Part shown: positions 23,889-32,000 of the stretch, in pieces
Numbering within the stretch: the stretch's first letter is position 1
Layout: every line of letters begins with the position of its first letter
Assembly: GCF_018398935.1 (NCBI RefSeq)
Contig: NZ_CP074694.1
Coordinates: forward strand, 3,360,001 to 3,392,000
Length of the DNA stretch: 32,000 bases
Direction of reading: 5' to 3'
From: Telmatocola sphagniphila
Lineage (GTDB): Bacteria; Planctomycetota; Planctomycetia; Gemmatales; Gemmataceae
Program-made: the position numbers and the translations under genes
The notes under the pieces: model-generated
Databases searched by the model: none
Told to the model about the DNA's origin: nothing
Seen by the model: only the letters and a program-made list of their open reading frames with translations

Positions 23889-24191
23889 TTACTTTTTCTT
23901 GCAATCCGGACCTTCCAGCGGATCCTGCTTTTCGGTGATGTGGCCCTTATCGGCCAGAGCGGTGCAACGGTCGGCGTTCAATTGAATGTAGCTCTGCCAT
24001 TGAGCCGGGACATTACCTTCGGCATAGATGGCTTCGACCGGACATTCGGGAACGCACGCTTCGCAATCGATGCAGTCGACCGGGTGGATGTACAGCATCT
24101 TTTCGTCCTGATAGAAGCACTCCACAGGACAAACCACACAACAATCGGTGTACTTGCAATCGTTGCAGGGGGCGGTCACCACGTGAGCCAT
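23889..24191 (-). CDS. fdxA: 7Fe-type ferredoxin (3Fe-4S plus 4Fe-4S, FdxA/Azotobacter FdI-like)
   Basis: AHVVTAPCNDCKYTDCCVVCPVECFY...IHPVDCIDCEACVPECPVEAIY aligns cysteine-for-cysteine with the FdI pattern (CxxCKYTDCxxVCPVDCFY...CIDCxxCxPECP). Confidence 0.9.
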   Translation of the reverse strand: MAHVVTAPCNDCKYTDCCVVCPVECFYQDEKMLYIHPVDCIDCEACVPECPVEAIYAEGNVPAQWQSYIQLNADRCTALADKGHITEKQDPLEGPDCKKK

Positions 24192-24436
24192 GAGACTATT
24201 GCCTTTCTAAACGTAATTCGCGGAATCGATTCTGGTTGGCGAAGCAAATTCGACTCGCTCTCATCGGTTCGCCATAACAATATATGGCTTAGTATTCGTT
24301 AAAACCACGTGCGGGGGCAAGCAGAATTTGAGAATTTGGAAGAATGTTCCTTCAAGTTAAGTAGAACTTGATTCCCATACCGACCTTGCCGGAATCATTA
24401 ATGCATTTCGTTGCGGATGATTCAAGATCATTTTCA

Positions 24437-25738
24437 TCAGGAAAGGCTGGATTTTGGAGATTTCAATGCCTTGTCCGCGATGTCTTTGCGATAGTGCATC
24501 CCCGGGAAACTGATCTTGGAAATAGCCTCATATGCGTGCTTTTTTGCCGCCGCGAGAGTATCCCCCAGAGCGGTCACCGCCAGAACACGACCGCCATCGG
24601 TGACGATCCGCTTCCCTTCCAATTTACTGCCCGCATGGAAAACTTTCACATCGGGCATTTTGGCGACTTCATCCAGCCCCGTGATATTCTTGCCGGTTTC
24701 GTATTTCCCGGGATATCCGCCGGAACAGAGGACGACGCAAACAGACGGTCGTGGATCCCATACGATCGTATCGGGATCAATGGTATCGAACCTTTTATCG
24801 ACGATGGCCTCAATGAGTTCCAGCAGATCGGATTTCAAGCGGATTAAAAGCGTTTGAGTTTCCGGATCGCCCAGTCGGGCATTGAATTCCAATACCTTCG
24901 GACCTTGATTGGTGAGCATCATCCCGGCGAACAGCACGCCGTTGAAAGGATAACGGCCCCGTTTCATCGCGTGTACGATCCGAACGAAAACTTCTTCCTC
25001 AAGCTTTTTCATCAACTCCGGCGTACCGCGCGGAGCTGGGCAGTAAGCGCCCATGCCGCCGGTGTTGGGGCCGATATCGCCGTCGTTGACGGCCTTGTGA
25101 TCCTGCGTTGGGGGAAGAAGATAAATCGTCCGATTTCCCACCAGCGCCAGTACGCTGAGTTCTTCCCCTTCCAGCCGTTTCTCAACGACCGCCTGTCGAC
25201 CCACTTTGGCCCCGAATTCCTCCTTGATCATAATCCGTTCAATGGCACGGCGAGCCTCTGCCTTGTCATTGCAAACTATGACGCCTTTCCCGGCCGCCAA
25301 GCCGTCGGCTTTTACAACGCAAGGCCATTCGCGACTATCGATGTAGTATTGAGCCGGAGTGGGGTGATCGAAAACCCGGAATTCGCCGGTCGGCACATCG
25401 GCATGCCGCATCAATTGCTTGGCGAACACTTTGCTGCCTTCGATACGGGAGGCCGATTTGCTCGGGCCGAAGATTCTCAAACCCTCTTTTTCGAAAGCAT
25501 TGACGATGCCGTTGACCAGAGGCTCTTCCGGGCCCACCACGGTCAGGTCGATTTTCTCTTTTTTGACGAATCGGATAAGCTTGTCGAATTCGTTGACATC
25601 AATCGGAACATTGGTTCCTTCCAGAGCGGTCCCAGCATTACCCGGAGCGCAAAAGATCTGCTTGACGCGCGGGGATTGTTTAAGCTTCCAGACGAGGGCG
25701 TGTTCACGCCCCCCTTTTCCAATAACGAGAATCTTCAT
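24437..25738 (-). CDS. purD: Phosphoribosylamine--glycine ligase
   Basis: MKILVIGKGGREHAL, GPEEPL, VKADGLAAGKGV, the ATP-grasp core and EFNARLGDPE are present. The track starts at TTG 25762. The ATG at 25738 gives the canonical N-terminus. Confidence 0.95.
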   Translation of the reverse strand: MKILVIGKGGREHALVWKLKQSPRVKQIFCAPGNAGTALEGTNVPIDVNEFDKLIRFVKKEKIDLTVVGPEEPLVNGIVNAFEKEGLRIFGPSKSASRIEGSKVFAKQLMRHADVPTGEFRVFDHPTPAQYYIDSREWPCVVKADGLAAGKGVIVCNDKAEARRAIERIMIKEEFGAKVGRQAVVEKRLEGEELSVLALVGNRTIYLLPPTQDHKAVNDGDIGPNTGGMGAYCPAPRGTPELMKKLEEEVFVRIVHAMKRGRYPFNGVLFAGMMLTNQGPKVLEFNARLGDPETQTLLIRLKSDLLELIEAIVDKRFDTIDPDTIVWDPRPSVCVVLCSGGYPGKYETGKNITGLDEVAKMPDVKVFHAGSKLEGKRIVTDGGRVLAVTALGDTLAAAKKHAYEAISKISFPGMHYRKDIADKALKSPKSSLS

Positions 25739-25840
25739 CGTGAGATTGTATATACCCTTCAAGGTCTGTGAAAACTCGTCTCCATCCGCCTGGCCTAGCC
25801 ATTCGAAATTACAGTATTATTCAGGTAGTCCGCTCGCCTC

Positions 25841-26494
25841 TCAGCTGAAGAGTTTTTTCGAGTCGGGATCGAATAATTTCACCAGCGAGAAGATACCGAC
25901 CGGAGCACTGAAAAGACACATCAGGCAACCGAAGTTACAGATGGCGGCAATCGACCCCAGCACGGCCAGAGGATAGAATTTTCTGGTCAAAATCGCTAGA
26001 GACCCGACCAACATCAGGCACCCGATTGGAAACGCGTAGGTCACGTGATTGGCAATTGGCTTGATGTTCGTTTCGGTGATATCTTCCGGCTCGATTTTCC
26101 GTCCCACAAACTTCTCCGCATTTTTGCGAGCTTCGTTTTCCGGATTCTTGAAAACCTCTTTGAAATTCTGAACCGTCTGATCTTTTTTGATTTCGAAAAT
26201 GTAGTAACCCGCGCAATCGAGTATCAGACTCGTCATCGCCAGCAGTAGCAACAGCAGGCCGGGGATCAGAAGCGGCGAATTAGTGAATTTAACTGGCTTT
26301 TGGGGAGGCGGCTCCGGGAGCAGTTCGGCAAGACCGAGATTCCCTTCGGCATCTTTCACTGGAGCCCTGTAGATAGTCTTGCATTCCGGACAGCGAACCG
26401 GCTGCCCGAACAGGGATTCCGGAACACGGGTTTTATTCGTGCACTTAGGACAAATAACGACGGCCGAGGCCGGAGGATTGTTCGATTCTGACAT
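25841..26494 (-). CDS. Membrane protein with N-terminal CxxC...CxxC zinc ribbon
   Basis: The motif ICPKCTNKTRVPESLFGQPVRCPECKTIYRAP is followed by about 4 hydrophobic helices (for example LLIPGLLLLLLAMTSLIL and AFPIGCLMLVGSLAIL). I recognise no catalytic motif. Confidence 0.6.
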   Translation of the reverse strand: MSESNNPPASAVVICPKCTNKTRVPESLFGQPVRCPECKTIYRAPVKDAEGNLGLAELLPEPPPQKPVKFTNSPLLIPGLLLLLLAMTSLILDCAGYYIFEIKKDQTVQNFKEVFKNPENEARKNAEKFVGRKIEPEDITETNIKPIANHVTYAFPIGCLMLVGSLAILTRKFYPLAVLGSIAAICNFGCLMCLFSAPVGIFSLVKLFDPDSKKLFS

Positions 26495-26522
26495 GCTGTA
26501 TGTTTTAGCTAACTTGGCCGTG

Positions 26523-26903
26523 TTACCAGCGCTGATTTTCGCGTTCCCGCAGAATTCTACCGATCCAATTGACCACTCTTTCGCCTCCCAGACCGCAGAT
26601 CAGTCCCATCATCAAGCTGAAATCCAAGATGCCGATCACTCTCCCGGGCCGAATTCCTATACCCCCAAAACGAAAGAACAGAAAATATCCCAGCAGGCCG
26701 AATAGCAATGCACCTGAAACTCCGTAGGCGACGAACTCGATGACGCGTTCTCGAAGCGAGAGATATTTCGAAGAGCCATTTTTCTTCCGAGGTACTCGCA
26801 ACTGTCGGCCGCAACTGCACTTGAAAATCTGCCGAATTTTCTCGATCGGACTATCGTACTCCCGATTGCAGTACCAGCAGCGGTAGCGGACTCGGTTCGT
26901 CAT
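26523..26903 (-). CDS. Small membrane protein with N-terminal zinc-ribbon-like CxxC...CxC
   Basis: The motif YRCWYCNREYDSPIEKIRQIFKCSCGRQLRVP is followed by Gly-rich hydrophobic helices (VAYGVSGALLFGLLGYFLFF and ILDFSLMMGLICGLGG). The start is either ATG 26903 or TTG 26924. Its stop lies 28 nt upstream of the next zinc-ribbon gene. Confidence 0.55.
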   Translation of the reverse strand: MTNRVRYRCWYCNREYDSPIEKIRQIFKCSCGRQLRVPRKKNGSSKYLSLRERVIEFVAYGVSGALLFGLLGYFLFFRFGGIGIRPGRVIGILDFSLMMGLICGLGGERVVNWIGRILRERENQRW

Positions 26904-27027
26904 GAAGCATCCGGCAAGATTCAATCACCTTCGAAAATTAGACCCTCTTCGAATTTTAGAGTCCGAAGCCTGCTTGCGCTACGAGAAATTACTCGATGAA
27001 GAACGGGAGTAAATCCGGGACTAATCG

Positions 27028-27056
27028 TTGACAATTGCGAACTTTATCGCAAGAAT
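27028..27056 (+). promoter_or_regulatory. Candidate promoter with embedded 6-bp inverted repeat upstream of the secreted 201-aa protein gene
   Basis: TTGACA (27028-27033) is separated by 17 nt from AAGAAT (27051-27056). The spacer contains TTGCGA-acttta-TCGCAA. Confidence 0.3.
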
Positions 27057-27155
27057 CGGAACGTGGGTCGCGATTGGCCGGGCAATCTCATATCTAACGG
27101 AGCCCGGATCAATCTAAAATCGATACTGACCCCCTACCTCTCTTGAAGGAGCATC

Positions 27156-27761
27156 ATGATGCGTTCGAAACTCTGGGTTCTCGGTCTACTGCTGTCCCTC
27201 TTCGGGGCATCGTTGGTTTACGCCGACGACAAATCGGGTCTGAATGAAGAAGGTTTCCTTCAGCGCTGGGTCGTTCTCGCACCCATCCCCCTGGCCGATG
27301 GTCAAGGCGGAGAAGACGGCTTGATGAAAGAACAGCTCAAAGACGAAGCGAAACTTCAACCCAAAGCCGGCGATAAGGTCAAAGTTGGCGATACCGAACT
27401 CCTTTGGAAAAATTATATCGCCAAAGATCACCTTTTAGATCTCAACGATTTCGTGGGTAAACAGACCGAAGACAGCGTCGCTTATGCCGTGGCCTACATC
27501 GAATCTCCGGAAGATCTTAAAAACATCAAGATGAAAACGGGCAGCGACGACCAATCCAAAGTTTACCTCAACGGTAAAGAGGTTTTCAAATTTACTCAGG
27601 AACGGGCTACCGATAAGGATCAGGACACAACGGAAGTCTCGCTGAAAAAGGGCACTAACGTGCTGGTTGTTAAGGTTGTGAATGTCAAAGTCGACTGGTC
27701 TTTCTGCGTCCGCTTTACGGATAAAGACGATAAGCCGATCACGAAACTGACTGTGAAGTAA
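27156..27761 (+). CDS. Secreted hypothetical protein, probably all-beta (sandwich-like)
   Basis: GGAG lies before the ATG. It has a signal peptide (MMRSKLWVLGLLLSLFGASLVYA). Alternating-polarity beta-strand patterns are present (AYAVAYIES, KVYLNGKEVFKF, VLVVKVVNVKVDWSFCVRF). Confidence 0.6.
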   Translation: MMRSKLWVLGLLLSLFGASLVYADDKSGLNEEGFLQRWVVLAPIPLADGQGGEDGLMKEQLKDEAKLQPKAGDKVKVGDTELLWKNYIAKDHLLDLNDFVGKQTEDSVAYAVAYIESPEDLKNIKMKTGSDDQSKVYLNGKEVFKFTQERATDKDQDTTEVSLKKGTNVLVVKVVNVKVDWSFCVRFTDKDDKPITKLTVK

Positions 27762-27967
27762 ATTCGCAGGCTGATAAAATTACCTCCGAGGGAACAACGG
27801 CTAAGTTGTTTCCTTAGCCAGCCCGATACCCTAGCCTTGATTCCCCTTTTATTACGAGTCAATTTCTCCCTCTGATGGCTCGTCGTCCTACTCCATAAGA
27901 TTTAAAGAGCAACTATTGCTGCACGAGAAATGGGCTCGAGAGTCCATTGCATTCTATCCCGGCTGGT

Positions 27968-28726
27968 ATGAATCCTCATTCCGCTTTGCGACTGATCAGT
28001 TACAACGTTCACAAAGGTATTGGCGGCCTCGACCGACTCTGTCAACTCGACCGGGTCTGCCGGGTGATTGAGCACGAAAATCCCGATTTGTACTGCCTTC
28101 AAGAAGTTACCCGGCATTCCCGTCGATCGCACTATCAGGATCAGCCCAAGATATTTGCCGAGCGTTTCCAAACGCTGGACAGTACCTATCAGATGAACGT
28201 CCACTACCAGGTAGGTGGCTACGGCAATTTAATATTGTCCCGCTGGCCCATTCGCTCCCGGCACCACATTTCGCTAAGGCTGGGGCAGAAAAAACCACGC
28301 GGTGCTCAGCTTGTAACAGTCGAAACGCCCCAGGGTTCACTCCATCTGATCAATTTTCATCTCGGTTTAACGCAACACGAGAGGCACTGGCAGATTCGCC
28401 ATCTGCTCAATCATCCGCTGTTTCGGGAATCGACTCATTTGCCGACTCTCATGGTGGGCGACTGCAACGACTGGCGAGATCGCCTGGGGGAATTGTTTTC
28501 GGAACGGGGCTATCAAGCTGCCACGACCGGCGAAAAACGATTCAACTCCTTCCCGGCCTTCCATCCCCTGATGGCCTTGGATAAGGCCTTTCATTGCCAG
28601 AATATTCAGATCAAACATTCCAGAGTGGTTCGCTCCCGGCTCGCTCATCGCGCATCGGATCATTTACCGCTGGTCATCGATTTTGATTTAAGGACCCCTC
28701 AATCCAGCGCAGAACAAAAAACGTAA
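27968..28726 (+). CDS. Endonuclease/exonuclease/phosphatase (EEP) family metal-dependent hydrolase
   Basis: LRLISYNVHKG, DLYCLQEV, GNLILSRWP, GDCNDW and the C-terminal SDHLPLVIDF are present. The track starts at TTG 27947. The ATG at 27968 is equally possible. Confidence 0.8.
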   Translation: MNPHSALRLISYNVHKGIGGLDRLCQLDRVCRVIEHENPDLYCLQEVTRHSRRSHYQDQPKIFAERFQTLDSTYQMNVHYQVGGYGNLILSRWPIRSRHHISLRLGQKKPRGAQLVTVETPQGSLHLINFHLGLTQHERHWQIRHLLNHPLFRESTHLPTLMVGDCNDWRDRLGELFSERGYQAATTGEKRFNSFPAFHPLMALDKAFHCQNIQIKHSRVVRSRLAHRASDHLPLVIDFDLRTPQSSAEQKT

Positions 28727-31094
28727 GACCCAGGGCCAGCGCGGAGGAACAGATCAGTGCCAGCCAGGGTAACAGGCCTAACGGCTGGAGTTCAAAAAAG
28801 TATGCGCTTATGGGAAGATACATCACCAGGAGGTAGATCAATCCCGCAAACCCGATCCAGAGATGGAGCCTCCTATCCGTTTTACCGATGAGCCAGACGT
28901 TGCCTAAGCCCATGAGGATCACACTCGTCAGTACCAAAGTTCGATCCGTCTCGATATCGTTTCCCATTTCATTTCTGGAAATAATCCAGACGGCCAAACC
29001 CAGAAGCCCAGTGATCAACCCGGAAGTGAGTGCAAAAATGCCGACTTCCTGAAGAAATTCGCCCGGATGACCTTTGGGAGGCTGCGACTCTTGCCGTCGT
29101 TGAATCAGTATCAAAAATGCTGGCCCGCCAATGGTGAGGGCGTTCAAAAGAGACACCTGCTGCGGCAGATAGGGGAACTCGTAGCCGAATAATCCCATGC
29201 CGACAATAATCAGCAACAGTGTGTAAACATTTTTCAGCAGAAACAATTTGGCCGCTTTCCGCAAATTGGACAGGAGGACTTTCCCTTGCCGCATCACCTT
29301 CGGCAGAAGACTGAAATCGTCTTTTTCCAGGACCATGCTTGCCACCGTCCGGGCCGCACTGCTGCCAGAGCCCATGGCGATTCCCATATCGGATTTTTTG
29401 AGAGCAAGGATGTCATTTACCCCATCGCCGATCATCCCGACCTGAGCTCCGCCTTTTTGGAGGGTCTCGATGATCTGTAGTTTCTGCTGTGGGCTCACCC
29501 TCCCGAAAATGGTGTGATCGCGAATAGCCTCGGCCTTTTGACTCGCCGATTCCAATTGTTTCCCGGTGAAAACCGGCTCTTCGGAGTCGACAATTCCCAA
29601 CTGAACCACCAGTGATCGAACCGTCTCTGGATTATCGCCTGAAAGAATTTTGAAAGCGATTTTTTGCTCGGCCAGCTCAAGTAATACTTTTTTGGCGTCG
29701 GGTCGCAGTTCATCGCGCAATCCGATTAGAGCCAAAACTTGAAGGGAATAACCTTCCAGGGATGGAGACAATGCCTGATCCGAAGTGGCGTTGATCGCTT
29801 CGGTGAAAACGAGTGTGCGGATTCCTTGAGTTTGCAGTTTGTTCCAGTTCGATTCGACAGACGCTGAATTCTGGAGATGGGGCTTTAATGCTTCAAAAGC
29901 TCCCAGCACAAAAATTCTTTTTCGATCCGACAATTGAAAGCGGATGGCACTGTAACGGTTATGCGATTTGAAGGGAATCTGTTCCAATCGGGCGTACTGA
30001 TCAGGCTCCTTCAATTCGCCTAAATGCCGCTGAATGGCTTGCAGACTTTTATTCTTGGAATCGATAGATTTCCAGGCATAAATTCGGAGCAATTCCGATA
30101 CGTGATGAATGTTCTCCGCCTCAGCTAGAATCTCGGCTACCTTCAAATTACCTGTCGTCAGCGTACCAGTTTTATCCATGCATAAGACATCGACTTCGGC
30201 CATGGACTCCATGGCGTTAAGTCTCTGAATGACGGCCCCTTCCCGGCTGATGCGGAGCGCTCCGAGGGTCAGCATCAAAGTCGCCATTAGTACCAACCCT
30301 TGAGGCACCATGGATGTCATGGTCGAAGCGATCATCTGCCAGAGTTCCGTGCTGGGGAAATGGCGAAAATAATCCATCATCAGATAGCTGATGCACAGAA
30401 CAATCGCTGTGATAGTAAGCACGCTGATGAGTGAATCGAGCGCTTTTTGAAGGGGTGTAGGCGAGTAACGATATTTTCTCGCTTCCGCGGAAGTCTGATT
30501 CGCGAAGGATTCCGCCCCCACATTATCGACGCGATATTCCCCCTCCCCGGCCGCGCAGAAACTCCCGGAGAGTAAACGATCCCCCGACTTGCGCGGAACT
30601 GGATCCGATTCCCCGGTTAGCAGAGCTTCGTCGATTTCAAGAAAATCGGAGCGAAGAACCGTTCCATCCGCGACAATGGACTCCCCCGCGCGGAGAAGCA
30701 CGCAATCATCCGAGACGATTTCATCCGATTTGATGGTCTGTTCTCGATCCTCCCGCCGAACGCGCACCTGGGGAATTTGCAGAAGCGAGAGTTGATCGAG
30801 ATGCCTTTTGGCACGAACTTCTTGAACGAAGCCAGTGAGAGTATTGATCACCGCCACGATACTGACGGCCCAGGCACTACGATACTCCTCCAGAAGGAAG
30901 AGAGCTGTCGCGGCCATCAGCACCACGCAGTTGAAGAGGGTCAGAAAATTCCGAAAGAAAATTGCTCGATAATCGGCCCAGTGCGATTCTTGGATGCGAT
31001 TGACCTGCCCTCGCGAGACTCGATCGGCGATCTCGCTCGAACTTAACCCTCGATTTGAAGCAGCACTATCTTGTTCAGTCGATGTCGTAGGCAT
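28674..31094 (-). CDS. Cation-transporting P-type ATPase (P2-like, about 800 aa)
   Basis: The TGES motif (LLTGESDPV), the phosphorylation motif (CMDKTGTLTTG), the hinge (GDGVNDILALKKSDMGIAMGSG) and about 10 hydrophobic helices are present. Confidence 0.92.
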   Translation of the reverse strand: MPTTSTEQDSAASNRGLSSSEIADRVSRGQVNRIQESHWADYRAIFFRNFLTLFNCVVLMAATALFLLEEYRSAWAVSIVAVINTLTGFVQEVRAKRHLDQLSLLQIPQVRVRREDREQTIKSDEIVSDDCVLLRAGESIVADGTVLRSDFLEIDEALLTGESDPVPRKSGDRLLSGSFCAAGEGEYRVDNVGAESFANQTSAEARKYRYSPTPLQKALDSLISVLTITAIVLCISYLMMDYFRHFPSTELWQMIASTMTSMVPQGLVLMATLMLTLGALRISREGAVIQRLNAMESMAEVDVLCMDKTGTLTTGNLKVAEILAEAENIHHVSELLRIYAWKSIDSKNKSLQAIQRHLGELKEPDQYARLEQIPFKSHNRYSAIRFQLSDRKRIFVLGAFEALKPHLQNSASVESNWNKLQTQGIRTLVFTEAINATSDQALSPSLEGYSLQVLALIGLRDELRPDAKKVLLELAEQKIAFKILSGDNPETVRSLVVQLGIVDSEEPVFTGKQLESASQKAEAIRDHTIFGRVSPQQKLQIIETLQKGGAQVGMIGDGVNDILALKKSDMGIAMGSGSSAARTVASMVLEKDDFSLLPKVMRQGKVLLSNLRKAAKLFLLKNVYTLLLIIVGMGLFGYEFPYLPQQVSLLNALTIGGPAFLILIQRRQESQPPKGHPGEFLQEVGIFALTSGLITGLLGLAVWIISRNEMGNDIETDRTLVLTSVILMGLGNVWLIGKTDRRLHLWIGFAGLIYLLVMYLPISAYFFELQPLGLLPWLALICSSALALGLTFFVLRWIEGSLNQNR

Positions 31095-31135
31095 ATTTGG
31101 GCGATCCTGATTAGGGCAATTACTGCAATTTCAAT

Positions 31136-32000
31136 CTAGAGGTAAGGCGTTAACAGCGCGGCAATCCCATCCCTTAACCGGATGGGCAAGCTCCGGGATT
31201 GAATATCCGCTAAGGTTAAAGGACGAGCTTGAGCTTGTTTCCCCTCTAAAATTTGGCTAAGTTCTTTAGCCAGTTCGAGGCTGTAACATTCCAGATTGAA
31301 TTCGAAATTGAGACGGAGGCTGCGAGGATCCCAGTTGGCAGATCCGAAAAAGGTCCAGGCTTCATCGACTAAAACCAATTTGGAATGATCGAACGGCTCC
31401 GCCGTCAGCCAGACTTTTCCACCATGTTCCAGAAGTTCCGCCAAAGGCATCATCGATGCCCATTGCACCAATCGCATATTATTTCGAATCGGTACGAAAA
31501 GGTCGACTTGTACACCGCGAAGTGCGGCTGCATTCAAGGCGTCTATCAAACCGGCATCCGGCAGATAATACGGCGTGATGATTCGAATCCGTTCCCGCGC
31601 ACAGGTAACGGCCCCCAGGTAGATCATTCGCAATTTATCGAGGTCGGCGTCCGGACCACTAGTGACGCCGCGCACTAGCATTGGACCTCGTTCCTGAAGC
31701 ACCGGAAACCAGAGATCTTCGTCGAGAGATTCGCCGGTACTGAAGAGCCAATCGTCCGCAAACGCTTCCTGGAGTCGGCCGACTATGGGACCTTCAATTC
31801 GGAAATGAATGTCCTGGACTGGTTCTTTGGGACGATAGATCGAATTGTTCTGAGCACTGATGTTCATGCCGCCCGTGAAGCCGATCTGACCATCGACGAC
31901 CAGAATCTTACGGTGACTTCGCATATTCGCGTAGTTGAATTGCCAGGGCCAAAACGATGGCAAAAACTCCGCGTGCGGAATCTGGGCTTTATGCAAGACG
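31136..32000 (-). CDS. cls: Cardiolipin synthase / phospholipase D family protein (N-terminus lies beyond the window end)
   Basis: There are two HKD motifs: SHRKILVVDGQIGFTGGMNI and DHSKLVLVDEAWTFFGSANWDPRSLRLNFEFN. The ORF is open to the window edge. Its stop lies 41 nt upstream of the P-type ATPase start. Confidence 0.88.
   Translation of the reverse strand, partial: VLHKAQIPHAEFLPSFWPWQFNYANMRSHRKILVVDGQIGFTGGMNISAQNNSIYRPKEPVQDIHFRIEGPIVGRLQEAFADDWLFSTGESLDEDLWFPVLQERGPMLVRGVTSGPDADLDKLRMIYLGAVTCARERIRIITPYYLPDAGLIDALNAAALRGVQVDLFVPIRNNMRLVQWASMMPLAELLEHGGKVWLTAEPFDHSKLVLVDEAWTFFGSANWDPRSLRLNFEFNLECYSLELAKELSQILEGKQAQARPLTLADIQSRSLPIRLRDGIAALLTPYL

Noticed and set aside
24854-25771. A 305-aa plus-strand ORF, with neighbouring ORFs at 24368..24857.
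   Set aside because: They are antisense to purD, whose full-length identity is clear. They contain no motifs.
27902-28204. A 100-aa minus-strand ORF at the 5' end of the EEP gene.
   Set aside because: It overlaps the conserved EEP N-terminal motifs on the opposite strand and has no start context or motifs of its own.

Overview
This window is about 32 kb of densely coding, mostly housekeeping chromosomal DNA with 29 supportable protein genes. By eye I found no rRNA, tRNA, CRISPR array, IS element, integrase or phage-like block. The gene content suggests a Planctomycetota-like genome, but that is inference only. The supporting traits are many signal-peptide proteins, a secreted NIPSNAP, a BNR sialidase, a BlaI/BlaR1-type pair, zinc-ribbon membrane proteins and scattered ribosomal-protein genes.

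Recognisable genes, in order:
- a secreted double-length M16 peptidase and a GH33-like sialidase
- rplX, NIPSNAP, rpsL and rpsG in one co-oriented run
- a YacP/NYN nuclease and recJ
- a lipoprotein and a Zn-dependent alcohol dehydrogenase
- a BlaI-family repressor with a 1032-aa M56 (BlaR1-like) protein
- a catalytically degenerate M16 homolog, an acyl-ACP desaturase-family protein and a thioredoxin-like protein
- dapA, an aldehyde dehydrogenase, trpE and a VWA protein
- hemH, a 7Fe ferredoxin and purD
- two tandem zinc-ribbon membrane proteins and a secreted beta-rich protein
- an EEP-family hydrolase, a P-type ATPase and a truncated cardiolipin synthase

I see no clear defence island or mobile element. 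The least explained, most system-like loci are:
1. The translationally coupled BlaI/M56 pair. Its sensor half is a roughly 700-aa Lys/Glu/Gln-rich ectodomain with no domain I can recognise, and nested TACTACA/GTAGTA-type dyads overlap its promoter.
2. The tandem zinc-ribbon membrane protein pair.
3. The non-canonical rplX-NIPSNAP-rpsL-rpsG unit. It includes an S12 that natively carries Arg at the K88 streptomycin-resistance position.
4. An orphan plus-strand micro-ORF and terminator between two minus-strand genes.

All functional calls come from motif-level reading of the translations. No database search was run.
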